Origin: Candidatus Sericytochromatia bacterium
GTDB taxonomy: Bacteria; Cyanobacteriota; Sericytochromatia; S15B-MN24; UBA4093
Direction: 5' to 3'
NCBI GenBank assembly: GCA_036676455.1
Contig: JAKFCW010000101.1
Location: 5,211-69,210 of the forward strand
DNA: 64,000 nt
The notes under the pieces were generated by a model. That model did not search any database and had not been told where the DNA came from. It was given only the letters and a program-made list of their open reading frames with translations. Positions 51,297 through 61,900 of this stretch are shown here, piece after piece (positions within the stretch are counted from its first letter, which is position 1; each line of letters starts with the position of its first letter). The position numbers were made by a program, and so were the translations under genes.

Positions 51297-54200
51297 ATGA
51301 AACGCCTGACCACTCTCGTTCTGCTCGCGTTCCTCCTCACGAGCTGCCGGCTGCCCTCCCTGCTTCCGACTTCCATGACGTCCGGGGATGGCGCCGGCGG
51401 TACCGCGGCCCGGCAGACCGTCGTCCTCAAGGGCCGCATCGAGGAGCCGCGCTCCGTCATGGCCACTCCCGCCGACATCGCCAACGGCGCCACCATCGCC
51501 CTGATCGATGCGGAATCCGGCCTGACGCTCGGCACCAGCCTCTCGGATCCCCTTGGTAACTTCTTTCTCAGTTTCGGTGACGGCACGAACCTGGTGGACG
51601 GCCGCGCCTACTACCTCGACGTCATGAAGGGCGTCCGCCTCGACGCCAATCAACCCGATTCCCCCTTCAACCAAGCCGGCGCGGATACCCTGCGGCTGCG
51701 CAACATCCTCTTCTACCAGGAGGCCTCGATGGCGGGCTCCGCGGGCTGGAAGAGCCTGATGAACGGCACCGCCGGCAACGTGGTCAACGTAGGCAACCGC
51801 TCGACCACCATGAGTATCGCGCTCGCCCTCAAGCGCCAGGCCGGCGAGACCGTCGTCCTCTCCGACTTCGCGGGCGCCCTCGAGGCGGATATCGAGAACG
51901 ATCCCGCCTGGACCATGGGAGGGCTGACCCAACCCGTTTACACCACCCTGAAGTCGATCGTCCTGGAGGCCATCGCCAACGACCGCGATCCGATCCAGTA
52001 CGCGGTCTACGACGAGGGAAGCAAGACCTTCATGAACCCCTGGATCGGCTTCTCCATCGCCTCCGTCACCCCCGCCGAGGGACCCATCAACCAGGTGATC
52101 ACCATCTCGGGGGAGGGCTTCGACCTCGGCGACCCGACCGTCGCGGTCAACGGCCGCGAGGCCCAGGTCCTCACCCGGACCGCCCAGGTGATCACGGCCA
52201 AGGTCATGCCCGGATCCCGGACCGGCCCCGTCTCCGTCAAGATCGGGACCACCCTGCAGGCCGGCAACACCTTCAAGGTCAACTTCCACGACGGCCACAG
52301 CGCCCTCTACGATCGCACCGTGCTGGGCCAGCCCGTTCGCATGCTCTACGTGGCCAATCCCGCGTGGAACACCATCGTCGAGGTCTCCCCGGACGGCGCC
52401 ATCACCAAGGTCTGGGACGACACCACCATCCCCGAGCTGAAGACCCCTCGCCAGGTCGCCGTCTGGAACGGCAAGCTCTACGTCTCGTGCGATCCCTCCG
52501 GGACGGCCAACGACAAGATCCTCCAGCTCGATCCGACGAATCCCGCCGCCAAGGTCGTCTACAGCACGGCGGTCCAGCACCCCTACGGCCTGGCCTTCGA
52601 CCTCGATGGCTTCCTGCACGTCTCGAGCTATCAATCGGCCGGATCGGTCGTCAAGCTCGATGCCGCGGGCGCCGTCGTCGCCCAGTACGCCGGCCTGGCG
52701 TCGCCCCGTGGCCTCGCCTTCGATTACCTCGGCAACCTCTTCGTCGCCGAGGAGGGCGGTAGGGTCGTCAAGCTCACCGCTCCCGCCATGACCGCCGAGA
52801 CCTGGGGCCTGCTGCCGTCTCCGCTTGGCCTCGCCGTGGACTCGGCAGGAGATCTCTTCGTCGCCAGCAACACCAACGACGTCATCTACCGCATCAGCAG
52901 CCTGCGCGCCATGTCGGTCTTCGCCATGCTCAACAAGCCCGGCGGCCTCACCATCGACGAGCGGGGCTACCTCTACGTCTCGGATACCAGCCAGAACCTG
53001 GTGCGCCGCATCTCGCCCTCGGGAGACGCCAAGATCTACGCCTACGGCATCAGCAACCCGCGCGGCCTCGCCGTGGATCCCACCAACGGCACCCTCTTCA
53101 TCTCGCTCAACAAGTCCAACGCCATCCTGAAGGTGGAGAATGGGGCGCTCAAGCCCTTCGTCACGGGCATCGCCAACCCCATGACCATCACCTTCCGCGG
53201 CAAGGGCCTCCTGATCGCCCATCCGGAGACCCATACCATCTCCTACGCGGAGCGCGACGGCAAGATCAGCACGCTGGCGACGGGCCTGGAGTACCCCGGC
53301 GGAGCCGATCAGGCTGCCGACGGCGCCGGCAACCTGACGGGGCCTCTCTACGCCGCACGCTTCGGCGACATGGAGAGCCCCTTCTCGGCCCGCCTGCCGC
53401 GCTACGACTCCTACGAAGTTTCTAACGGCTCCCACAACGGGGTCGACGTGATCGGCGGCGCCTCGCCTGGCCTCCGGCGCTGGCTCTACCGCCAGCAACT
53501 CAACTACATCGCCGTCGACGCCGCCAAGAACATCTACGCCATCCACTCCGGCGATCGCACCCTGACCAAGATCGCGGCCGAGCCCGGCGGCGGCAACGCG
53601 TCGCGCAAGGTCACCCGGATCGCCGGCCCCCGCTCCCCCTACACCTTCGGAGGCAATCCCGGCTGGGTCTCGGTCGACGCCAACTCCAACATCTACGTCG
53701 TGGTGCCCAGCGAGCACTTGATCTACCGCTTCAAGCCCACGGGCGGCACCTACGCCATGGACACGATCACGGGCTTCAACAGCCCCTGGGGCATCGCCTT
53801 CTCGGATACCACGCCTCAGGCCATGTTCGTCTCCAACACGGCGGACGGCAAGATTCGCCGGGTCCTCGACGCCGTCAACGACGCCGCAGCCCAGCCGACC
53901 ACGACCTTCGAGATCCCGGCCAGCACCGGGGTCCGGGGCCTCGCGTACATGGCCTCGGGCGTGGCGGGCACGGGCACCCTCTACATGGCCAACGGGACCA
54001 GCATCATGATGGCCGGGATCTCCGGCAACGCCTACACGGCCGCCTCCTATGCGACCTACTTCTCGGGCCTGCCGGGCTCTTGCTCGTACCTCTACGCGAA
54101 GCCTTTGACCGGCGAGGTCTTCGCCTGGGCAAACGCGACGTTTGCCTACGTGGTGCCGCCGGATCTTCCCCTGGTGCCGTACGTATTCAAGGATTACACC

Positions 54201-54710
54201 GGCTGGAGCCGCTTCCGTGGCTTCACCTTCGATCCGTCGTTCAATACGTCCACTAACCGCAACACCGGCTACTACGCGATCGAAGATCAGTACTCCGGAT
54301 TATCGACCTTCCGCTCGCAGACGACGACCCGCGAGGTGCAGCTCAAGCCCGATCCCGATCCCCTCAAGTCCGGCGTCCTCTACGTCGCCTCGCCGGATAG
54401 TGAGGGTGCCGGCGGCATCCTGCGCATCGATCTCGACACCCAGGAGGAGCTGATGATTCCCCTGCGGACCTACTCGATCGGCCTGTACGGCGCCGACCTC
54501 TACGCGGGAGCCTCCGACAACTGGATTTACCACGTCGACGCGGCCGGCAAGCATACCTCGAAGTGGAATCTCTCGACCCTCCCGTACGGGCTCGACATCT
54601 ACGGGGACACCGTCTGGGCGGTGGGAGCGAACTCGCTGGTCTTCGAGCGCCCCATCGGGGCGGGAGTGGCCAAGGATCACAAGTTCGGCATGATGGGACC
54701 GGTGTTTTAG
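51297..54710 (+). CDS. Giant lipoprotein, class B (B1', closest to B1). 1137 aa.
   Basis: The leader is MKRLTTLVLLAFLLTSC-RLPSLLP. The core [66 protein letters not shown] parallels B1. It ends FGMMGPVF. Confidence 0.85.
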   Translation: MKRLTTLVLLAFLLTSCRLPSLLPTSMTSGDGAGGTAARQTVVLKGRIEEPRSVMATPADIANGATIALIDAESGLTLGTSLSDPLGNFFLSFGDGTNLVDGRAYYLDVMKGVRLDANQPDSPFNQAGADTLRLRNILFYQEASMAGSAGWKSLMNGTAGNVVNVGNRSTTMSIALALKRQAGETVVLSDFAGALEADIENDPAWTMGGLTQPVYTTLKSIVLEAIANDRDPIQYAVYDEGSKTFMNPWIGFSIASVTPAEGPINQVITISGEGFDLGDPTVAVNGREAQVLTRTAQVITAKVMPGSRTGPVSVKIGTTLQAGNTFKVNFHDGHSALYDRTVLGQPVRMLYVANPAWNTIVEVSPDGAITKVWDDTTIPELKTPRQVAVWNGKLYVSCDPSGTANDKILQLDPTNPAAKVVYSTAVQHPYGLAFDLDGFLHVSSYQSAGSVVKLDAAGAVVAQYAGLASPRGLAFDYLGNLFVAEEGGRVVKLTAPAMTAETWGLLPSPLGLAVDSAGDLFVASNTNDVIYRISSLRAMSVFAMLNKPGGLTIDERGYLYVSDTSQNLVRRISPSGDAKIYAYGISNPRGLAVDPTNGTLFISLNKSNAILKVENGALKPFVTGIANPMTITFRGKGLLIAHPETHTISYAERDGKISTLATGLEYPGGADQAADGAGNLTGPLYAARFGDMESPFSARLPRYDSYEVSNGSHNGVDVIGGASPGLRRWLYRQQLNYIAVDAAKNIYAIHSGDRTLTKIAAEPGGGNASRKVTRIAGPRSPYTFGGNPGWVSVDANSNIYVVVPSEHLIYRFKPTGGTYAMDTITGFNSPWGIAFSDTTPQAMFVSNTADGKIRRVLDAVNDAAAQPTTTFEIPASTGVRGLAYMASGVAGTGTLYMANGTSIMMAGISGNAYTAASYATYFSGLPGSCSYLYAKPLTGEVFAWANATFAYVVPPDLPLVPYVFKDYTGWSRFRGFTFDPSFNTSTNRNTGYYAIEDQYSGLSTFRSQTTTREVQLKPDPDPLKSGVLYVASPDSEGAGGILRIDLDTQEELMIPLRTYSIGLYGADLYAGASDNWIYHVDAAGKHTSKWNLSTLPYGLDIYGDTVWAVGANSLVFERPIGAGVAKDHKFGMMGPVF

Positions 54711-55040
54711 ATGATGACGCGCAAACCTCAGTTCGTGATGTTGGGACTCGTGGCCTTGAGCCTCCTGATCGGCTGTGCGGCCGACGAGGATGGCTTGACC
54801 GGGGTGAGCGGCTCCGGGCGTCGCACCGCCTCGCCCAGCCCCCAGGTCACGGCCACGCCGACTCCCACTCCGAGCGCGGGCTCGGCGACGCCGACCCCGA
54901 AGCCTACCCTGACGCCGTGGCCCAGCCCGACGCCCACCCCCACGCCTTCGCTGGCTCCCCTGCCGGATCCGGTCGGAGGCCCCTCCACCGGCGACCTTGA
55001 ACCGCCACCCGACTCCACCGAGTCCATCGGGGTCGAGTGA
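54711..55040 (+). CDS. Small Pro/Thr-rich lipoprotein (S3), 109 aa
   Basis: The ATG directly abuts the B1' stop (TAGATG). The leader is MMTRKPQFVMLGLVALSLLIGC-AADEDGLTGV, followed by a PTPTP-rich region. Confidence 0.75.
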   Translation: MMTRKPQFVMLGLVALSLLIGCAADEDGLTGVSGSGRRTASPSPQVTATPTPTPSAGSATPTPKPTLTPWPSPTPTPTPSLAPLPDPVGGPSTGDLEPPPDSTESIGVE

Positions 55041-55077
55041 CGCGCATGCGTCGAGTTCCGTCCAGAAAGAGGTTCGC

Positions 55078-55269
55078 ATGAAATCCCTGTTTCCCATCCT
55101 CGGTCTGATCCTGGCGACCGCCATGGCCTTCGGGGCCGGGTGCGCGGACGATGGCGCACTCTTTGGCGTGGGGGGCAGCGGAGGCAAGAAAGCGTCCGCC
55201 GCTCCCCAGGCGAGCCCGGCCCCATCGGCCAGCCCGTCGGGCACCGGAGGCTCGATCGTCAACGATTGA
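55078..55269 (+). CDS. Very small lipoprotein (S'3), 63 aa
   Basis: AAAGAGG RBS. It translates as MKSLFPILGLILATAMAFGAGC-ADDGALFGVGGSGGKKASAAPQASPAPSASPSGTGGSIVND. Confidence 0.65.
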   Translation: MKSLFPILGLILATAMAFGAGCADDGALFGVGGSGGKKASAAPQASPAPSASPSGTGGSIVND

Positions 55270-55297
55270 GTTTGGGCTCCCCGCTCACGATCAACGC

Positions 55298-55345
55298 GCG
55301 AAGCAGCCCCCGCCGCCGGCGGGAAGGGCTGCTTCGCTCCTTTTG
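55298..55345 (+). terminator. Rho-independent terminator
   Basis: A 12-bp stem gcgaagcagccc / gggctgcttcgc is followed by tcctttt. Confidence 0.7.
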
Positions 55346-55366
55346 GTGCGTATTTCGGTGGTTTCC

Positions 55367-55375
55367 GGGTAAGAG
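55367..55375 (+). promoter_or_regulatory. Putative -10 element (GGGTAAGAG)
   Basis: About 60 nt upstream of the A2' start. Confidence 0.25.
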
Positions 55376-55436
55376 AACCTCGATTACTCGCTTGCTCTCG
55401 AAGGGCCCTCGCGCGTCCCGGTGGAAAGGAGCTCGA

Positions 55437-58400
55437 TTGCTCGCAAGTGCACATGCTCGACGCTCGAGCCTCGCCATCGTCTACGTGCTGCTGGCCGCGC
55501 TGGTTGCGCTGCTGACGGCCTGTCCCCGTCCGCTGCTCGCTCCGACCGGAGCCGGGGGCGCGCAGGGCATGGCCCTGGATCCGGAGGCGGCCGTTTCCGG
55601 GCACGTGGATTTCGGCGCCCGAAAGACGCAAGCCACCATCAAGGACGACGTCGCCCCCGGGGCCACCGTCTCGCTCATCGAGGTCACCTCCGGCCAAACC
55701 CTCGCGACCACCTTCTCTCAGCCGGATGGTCGCTTCGTGCTACAGTTCTCGAATGGCTTCAAGCCCGTCTCCGGGGGGCTCTACTACTTCGAGGCCGTCA
55801 AGGGCCTCTCGGGGCCGACCGGCCAGCCCAACGCCGTGGGGGCGGATGCCGTCCGGGTCCGGACGATCGCGAGCTATCGGAGGGGCGGTTGGGTGACCCT
55901 CAGCACGAAAGGCGTCACCACCAGCATCTCGCTCTCCCCGATGACCACCGCCCTCTCGGTCGTCGTCAGTCTGCGCACCGGCACCGCCAAGAGCATCGAT
56001 CCCACCACGCTTTTCGGAGCGGTCCGGGCGGGCCAGGGTGAGGGCAGTTATCCCGATGCCCTCACCCTTCCGGACCCGACCCTCGTCCCACCCTCCATGG
56101 TCTACGAGGCGTACGATCTGGTGGTCGACGCGCTGGCCAAGGAGCGGGATCCGATCCGCTGGATCACCCTGGATAGCGCTGATTTGACGTCCTTGAGCTT
56201 GCCGACGATTCCCTTCTCGATCAAGTACCTCGTGCCGTCGATGCAGGAGGTCGGCCAGAAGCTGGACCTCGTGGGCGTCAACTTCGCCCAGAACCCGGCC
56301 GATAACAAGGTCTCCTTCACGACGGACGGCGGCTGGGTCCCGGTCACCGAGATCGGCCCCGTCTCGGCGGACCTGACGCGCCTGACCGTCACGGTGCCGA
56401 ACGGGGCCATCAGCGGCCCGGTTCGCCTCGAAATCGGCGGCAAGATGCTCTCCACGGACCCGGACAAGTCCTTCAGCCTCGCCGTCATCGACGGTCATAG
56501 CGTCGTACGGGTCCTGGACCGAAAAGCCTATCTCTTCGTGGCGAATCCGGCGAAGGGCACGATTTCCAAGGTCACCCCCGAGGGCGAGGTGGTTCCTTTC
56601 CTCTCGGGCTTGACGAGCCCTCAGGCCCTGACCTTCGGGCCGGATGGCTGCCTTTACGTCGCCTGCGGAGGGGCCAAGAACCAGATCGTGCGCATCACGC
56701 TCACGGCGGCCCTGACGGCTGCGAGCAGCGACGTCCGGGATTACTCGACCCCCCTCGTCAATCCGACGGGTCTGGCCTTCGACATGACCCAGGTCTCGAC
56801 GCAGGCCACGGTCGCCAGCGCTCCGTTGTACGCAGTGACGGGCGACGGCCAGCTTTATCGCTTGCCGTGGACCGGAGCGCTCGAGAACGTGGTGCCGGTC
56901 CTGGTTCCGCTCCAGGGGGCCAGCTTGAGCGGCCCCCGGGGGATCTCCTTCGGTTACAAGGACGACGACTGGCGCTTGTGGATTCCCAACGCGATCGCCA
57001 ACAACGTCGTGATCGTCGATCCGGCCACCGGTCAAGCCACCGTCGAGCTTTCCGGCATCGGGAAACCCTCCGGCGTCGCCTTCGACAGCAAAGGCAACCT
57101 CTACATCTCCAGCAACACCGGTAACTCCATCTTCAGAAGGGAAGCCGGCCAGAGCGAGCTGAAGCCCTTCTCGAGCGTACCCACTCCCGCGGGCCTGGAT
57201 GCCGACGCCTCGGGCTACATCTACTGCGCCGACAACGTCAGCAACCGCATCTACATGGTCAACTCCCAGGGTGAGAGCCGCATGCTCGCCACCGGCATCA
57301 GCTACCCGCTGGGGGTTCACGCCGACGCCGACGGCATCTTCGTCGTCACCGAGATCGGCCAGATCCTGAGAATCTCGCACGGCAGCGGCGTGGTCTCGCT
57401 CTTTGCCGACGGCCTCTCGAATCCCATGAGCCTGGGACGCGACGCGGACGGCAACTTCTACGTGCATCAGCCCGCCCTGAAGCAGATCACCCGCCTGGCC
57501 ACGGTCACGGATGCCTCCGGCCGACTCACCGGCATGATCGACTCCTACCTCCCCGTCTCCAACGTCCGCGACATCCACGTCGCGGGCCGCAAGCTCTATC
57601 TCCAGAAGACCCTCATCAAGAATCCCCAGGGCGAGGACGAGGGCCGAGGCGGCGTCGAGATCCGGGATCTCTCCGACTGGGGAACCACGGAGTCCCTCTA
57701 CACGGGCTTCATCCGGGACGGCGTCGGCATGAGCTTCGACAACTCCACGGGGCCCTTCCAGGGCGCCCTCTACCTCGCGAACTTCACCGACAACTCGATC
57801 GTGCGCATGGACGCAGACGCGGCCAACCCCCCGCGAGGCAAGATCCGGCCCTTTCTCAACGGCACCCAGAACCCCAAGCTGGTGCGCCCGAACGACGTCT
57901 GGGTTGACCCTGCCAACGGCAACGTCTGGGTTTCCATTCAAGGCATCAACACGGATACGGATGGCTTGATCGTCCTCGACTCGGCCGGCGTCGAGCTCAA
58001 GGACTACTCGACGCTGGTCAATCGTCCGCGCAAGCTCGGCTTCGACGAGACCCACCTCTACCTCACCAACGAGGGCGGAAACGAGGTCATCCGGATCGAC
58101 CGCACCACGGGCGCCAAGCTCGCCTCGTACGCGGTGCCCAAGCCGCTTTCGCTTGCCTTCGATACGGCCACCGACACCATGTACGTGGGCTCCAACGATG
58201 GCCAGATCTACCGGATCACCGGGTACCGCACCGCGACGCCCGCTGCGGCCGCTCCCTTCCATGCGCTCCATGCCTACGATCTGTATTTCCACACCGATAA
58301 CTACCTTTACGCGGCGAACTCCTCGACCTGGAAGATCGAGAAGGACGGGTCCACCCGCTTCGTCTACCGCCGGCATTACGGGCAGATCTACGACTTCGCG

Positions 58401-58937
58401 AAGCGCGCCTCGGACGGCAAGATCTTCCACCTCACGCGAGATGGCCGCTTCGATGCCTGGACCAACAACTATGTCACCTCCTCGGGGACCATGTTCACGG
58501 GAGGCAGCTCGGCCGTTCCGGACGGCAAGGGCAACTGGGTCTCGGTCTTCGAGACGATCTGCGGAGGCAAGAGCCTCATCGTCGGCGACCTGGCCGGCAC
58601 GTTCCAGCAGTATGCGGGCAGCCGGATCGGCATGACGCAGTGCTGGGTCACGGTCGGGTCGATGACCAGCGATGGCGACGGGAAGGTCTTCGTGGTGAGC
58701 AATCCGCAAGGTCGCCTGCATCGTTACGACGTGGCGACGGGAGTGCTCGAGCACCTGCCCAAAACCGGCGGAGCCTACAACGACGGGGACCAGGGGCTCG
58801 GCGTCGCGGCCTACAACGACAAGGTCTACGTGACGATGCGCAACCGGCACGTGGTCGACGTCTTCAACGCCGATGCGGCGGCGGACGGCGCCTTCATCGA
58901 GACGTTGAACGTCGGCCTGGTCAACCCCGAGCTTTGA
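55437..58937 (+). CDS. Giant lipoprotein, class A (A2', closest to A2). About 1166 aa.
   Basis: TTG at 55437 lies 5 nt after AAAGGAG. The leader is LLASAHARRSSLAIVYVLLAALVALLTAC-PRPLLAP. The track ORF start at 55140 would span the terminator hairpin. Motifs match A2 (LYYFEAVKGL, ERDPIRWITLDS, LAVIDGHSVVR, TSPQALTFGPDGCLYVACGG, IYCADNVSNRIYMVN). It ends VGLVNPEL. Confidence 0.8.
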   Translation: MLASAHARRSSLAIVYVLLAALVALLTACPRPLLAPTGAGGAQGMALDPEAAVSGHVDFGARKTQATIKDDVAPGATVSLIEVTSGQTLATTFSQPDGRFVLQFSNGFKPVSGGLYYFEAVKGLSGPTGQPNAVGADAVRVRTIASYRRGGWVTLSTKGVTTSISLSPMTTALSVVVSLRTGTAKSIDPTTLFGAVRAGQGEGSYPDALTLPDPTLVPPSMVYEAYDLVVDALAKERDPIRWITLDSADLTSLSLPTIPFSIKYLVPSMQEVGQKLDLVGVNFAQNPADNKVSFTTDGGWVPVTEIGPVSADLTRLTVTVPNGAISGPVRLEIGGKMLSTDPDKSFSLAVIDGHSVVRVLDRKAYLFVANPAKGTISKVTPEGEVVPFLSGLTSPQALTFGPDGCLYVACGGAKNQIVRITLTAALTAASSDVRDYSTPLVNPTGLAFDMTQVSTQATVASAPLYAVTGDGQLYRLPWTGALENVVPVLVPLQGASLSGPRGISFGYKDDDWRLWIPNAIANNVVIVDPATGQATVELSGIGKPSGVAFDSKGNLYISSNTGNSIFRREAGQSELKPFSSVPTPAGLDADASGYIYCADNVSNRIYMVNSQGESRMLATGISYPLGVHADADGIFVVTEIGQILRISHGSGVVSLFADGLSNPMSLGRDADGNFYVHQPALKQITRLATVTDASGRLTGMIDSYLPVSNVRDIHVAGRKLYLQKTLIKNPQGEDEGRGGVEIRDLSDWGTTESLYTGFIRDGVGMSFDNSTGPFQGALYLANFTDNSIVRMDADAANPPRGKIRPFLNGTQNPKLVRPNDVWVDPANGNVWVSIQGINTDTDGLIVLDSAGVELKDYSTLVNRPRKLGFDETHLYLTNEGGNEVIRIDRTTGAKLASYAVPKPLSLAFDTATDTMYVGSNDGQIYRITGYRTATPAAAAPFHALHAYDLYFHTDNYLYAANSSTWKIEKDGSTRFVYRRHYGQIYDFAKRASDGKIFHLTRDGRFDAWTNNYVTSSGTMFTGGSSAVPDGKGNWVSVFETICGGKSLIVGDLAGTFQQYAGSRIGMTQCWVTVGSMTSDGDGKVFVVSNPQGRLHRYDVATGVLEHLPKTGGAYNDGDQGLGVAAYNDKVYVTMRNRHVVDVFNADAAADGAFIETLNVGLVNPEL

Positions 58938-58941
58938 GGAG

Positions 58942-61900
58942 ATGACCATGCCCTTCATGCGCGTTTTGAACTTGCTCTTGGTCGTGCTGCTCGCGGGGTG
59001 CCGCCTGCCGTCGCTACTGCCGCATGCCGCTACCCCGCTTGACGGAACCTCCGCCGCCATGCCGGCGCATGTGCTGCAAGGGCGAATCGTGTCGCCGCCT
59101 CAGGTGCAGGCTTCCCTGACCGACATCGCCTCGTTCGCGAGCATCGCCCTGATCGACTCCGAGACGGGCTACACGGCCGCGACGACCGTCAGCGGCGCGA
59201 ACGGCACCTTTACCCTGAGGTTCGAGGCCGGCTTTTCGCCGGTCGATGGCCGTGCCTACTACCTCGATGCCATCAAGGGCATCAAGGAGACCGGGCCCGC
59301 CACCGACCCCAACCCCCTCTTCAATCAGGCGGGCGCTGATGCCGTGCGGCTGCGCACGGTCCTCTTTCATCAAAGCATGCCCGAAGGCTGGGTGAGCCTC
59401 AAGAACGCCGCGCCAGGCGCGATCTACATCAGCCGGGGCACCACGGCGATCGCCATGGCGGTCTTCCTCAAGCAGCAGTCCCAGGCCATCGCCTGGAGTT
59501 CCCTCATCGGGGCCCTGCACGTGGAGACCGACGCCTATACCGAGGTCCCGGCTTCACTGACCTCCACCGAGTTCCAGGATGCCTACGCCATCGTGGACGA
59601 GGCGATCACCCAGCATCGCGACCCGCTTCAGTTCCTCGCCTTCGACTCGGCCGTCGGCTTCGTCAACCTTTACAACGGCCACTCGGTCGATTCCCTGGAG
59701 CCCGATCACGGCGCGATCAACCAGCAGATCGTGATCAAGGGGGACGGCTTCCTGACCCCCGGCGACGTGACGGTCACCTTCAACACGACCGAGACGGTCC
59801 CCCCGACGGGAGCCAACCGCACCAAGGACAGGCTCGTGGTGACGGTTCCCCCGGGAGCCCGAACCGGGCCGGTGCTCGTCAAGATCGGCACGGTGACCCA
59901 GGCCGGCCCGGCTTTCACGGTGGATTCCTACGACGGGCATCGCGCCAAGCTGGGCGACACCCTTTACGTCGCGAACTTCGACCGCGCCAAGATCGTCAAG
60001 GTCTCGCCGGACGGCGTGGTCGAGGATTTCGCCGACGTGCCGGCCGGTCCCACGCAGCTTGCGATCTACACGGACGACTCCGATCCCCTTCAGCCGATCG
60101 AGCGCTTGTTCGTTGCCTGTGAGACCGCCGACCAGATCGTGACCCTCGACCTGCGCGAGCCCGCTCCGATCGCCCAACCCTTCGTGAACCTCACCAAGCC
60201 TGCAGGCCTGGCCTTCCTCGGAAACGTCCTCTACGTCTCCAGCAAGTCCCTCAAGACCGTCTCGCGCTTCAACCTCGACAAGTCCTCGGCAGGGGACGCG
60301 CTCACGGGCTTCGAGGCTCCAGCAGCCCTGGCGTTCGACTTCGAGAGCCAGCTCTTCGTCGCGGACGGCAACAAGGTCCTCCGGGTCAACCTGACGACGG
60401 GAACGTCGCTGGTCTGGATCTACCTCTCCAGCCCCCGGGGCCTGAGCGTCGATTCCGGCGGCACGCTCTACGTGGCCAACTACGACGACGGCGTGATTTA
60501 CCGGATCCTCGTCATCCCGCCCACCAACCGCCGGGCGGCCTACGTCTTCGCCCGCGTCCCCAATCCCACCGGCATCATGCTGGATGCCGCCGGGTACATG
60601 TTCGCCGCCTCGGAGACGCAGCATCAGATCTCGCGGATCTCTCCGCTGGGCGACATGAAGCCCTACGCCTACGGCATCGCGAACCCCCGCGGCCTGGCCG
60701 TGGATGGCGCCGGGAACCTCTACGTCTCCCTCAGCCAGTCGAACGCCGTCTTGAAGGTGGAGCAGAACGGATCCTATCGAACCCGGCCCTTCGTCACGGG
60801 GATCCCCAACCCGCATTCCATCACGTGGCGCAACGACAAGCTCTACCTCGCCCACCGGGATGCCGGCGTGGTCTCCTCGGCGACCGCCGCGGGGAGCATG
60901 AAGACGGAGGCCGTGGGGTTCACCATGCCCGGCGGCGCGGACGTGGCGGCCGACGGCACGATCTTCGCGGGGCGCTACGGCGCGAGCTGGCACCTGGAGG
61001 TCTGGCCGCCCGATCCCACCCATGTCCACTACAACCGGGGTGGCCTGGAGTCCTACGCCAACGGAGTGATTTCCCTCGACCGCGGCTTCGTCAGGACCAG
61101 CCTCAAGGGCCTGGTGGGCCTGGACGACGGCACACGCTACGTCCTGACCTCCCAGAACACCTTGCTGGAACTCAAGGCCACCAACGGGCCGTCGTCATCC
61201 TACCGGTATCGCCAGCTGGATGCCTACGCCCAGACCCCGCTCCGGATCGAGCGGGATGGAGCGGGCAACCATCTCTACGTGCTCCTGGAGGGCTCGAAGG
61301 ATGTCCTCCGTTACGAGAAACTAGGCGACTCCTGGGTCAAGTCCGTGCTCGACCTCGATCCCGCGCTCGACAAGACGGGTTTCACCAATCCGACGCGGAT
61401 GACCTTCGATGCGGCCGGTGACCGCCTCTATGTGCTCGATGGCGGAGTGCTGAAGCGCGTCGAGGGCGCCACGACCGCGACTCCGGCGCTTTCCACGAAG
61501 GCGCCCGGAGAGCTTTGGTCGGTCTCCTTGACCGGAGCGAACAGTATTTCCTACAAGAACTCCCGGATTTACGTGACCTATGGCAACACCTGGATTCGCT
61601 CTCTCGATTCGACCCTGGCTTCCCCGACCGTCTCGGACTACGCCCAGGGACCGGTCAACCTGACCGGGGTCATCGCCCATCCCGTGAGCGACTATCTTTT
61701 CGCTTACCAGGGTGAAGACGGCTACAAGGTCCCGCCCAGCGGGGTCTTCGAGTACCTCACCGGATACGGCGGCACGGCCTTCGCCTACACGCCGGACGGC
61801 ACCTTCATGCGGGACTACGTCAGTTACATGCCGCTTTATTTCGGCAAGACCACGCTGCCGGGCTTGGTCCAGACCCACGAAGTGGCGGTCGACGGTGACC

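Noticed and set aside
55140-55436. The 5' extension of the A2' ORF. The same applies to 38451..38540 for A2, 30851..30868 for A1, 17340..17942 for the fourth pilin, and 47538..47690 for the PilX-like gene.
   Set aside because: The extensions run through a terminator hairpin or promoter-like motifs and lack signal-peptide character. Internal starts with good RBS produce canonical leaders.
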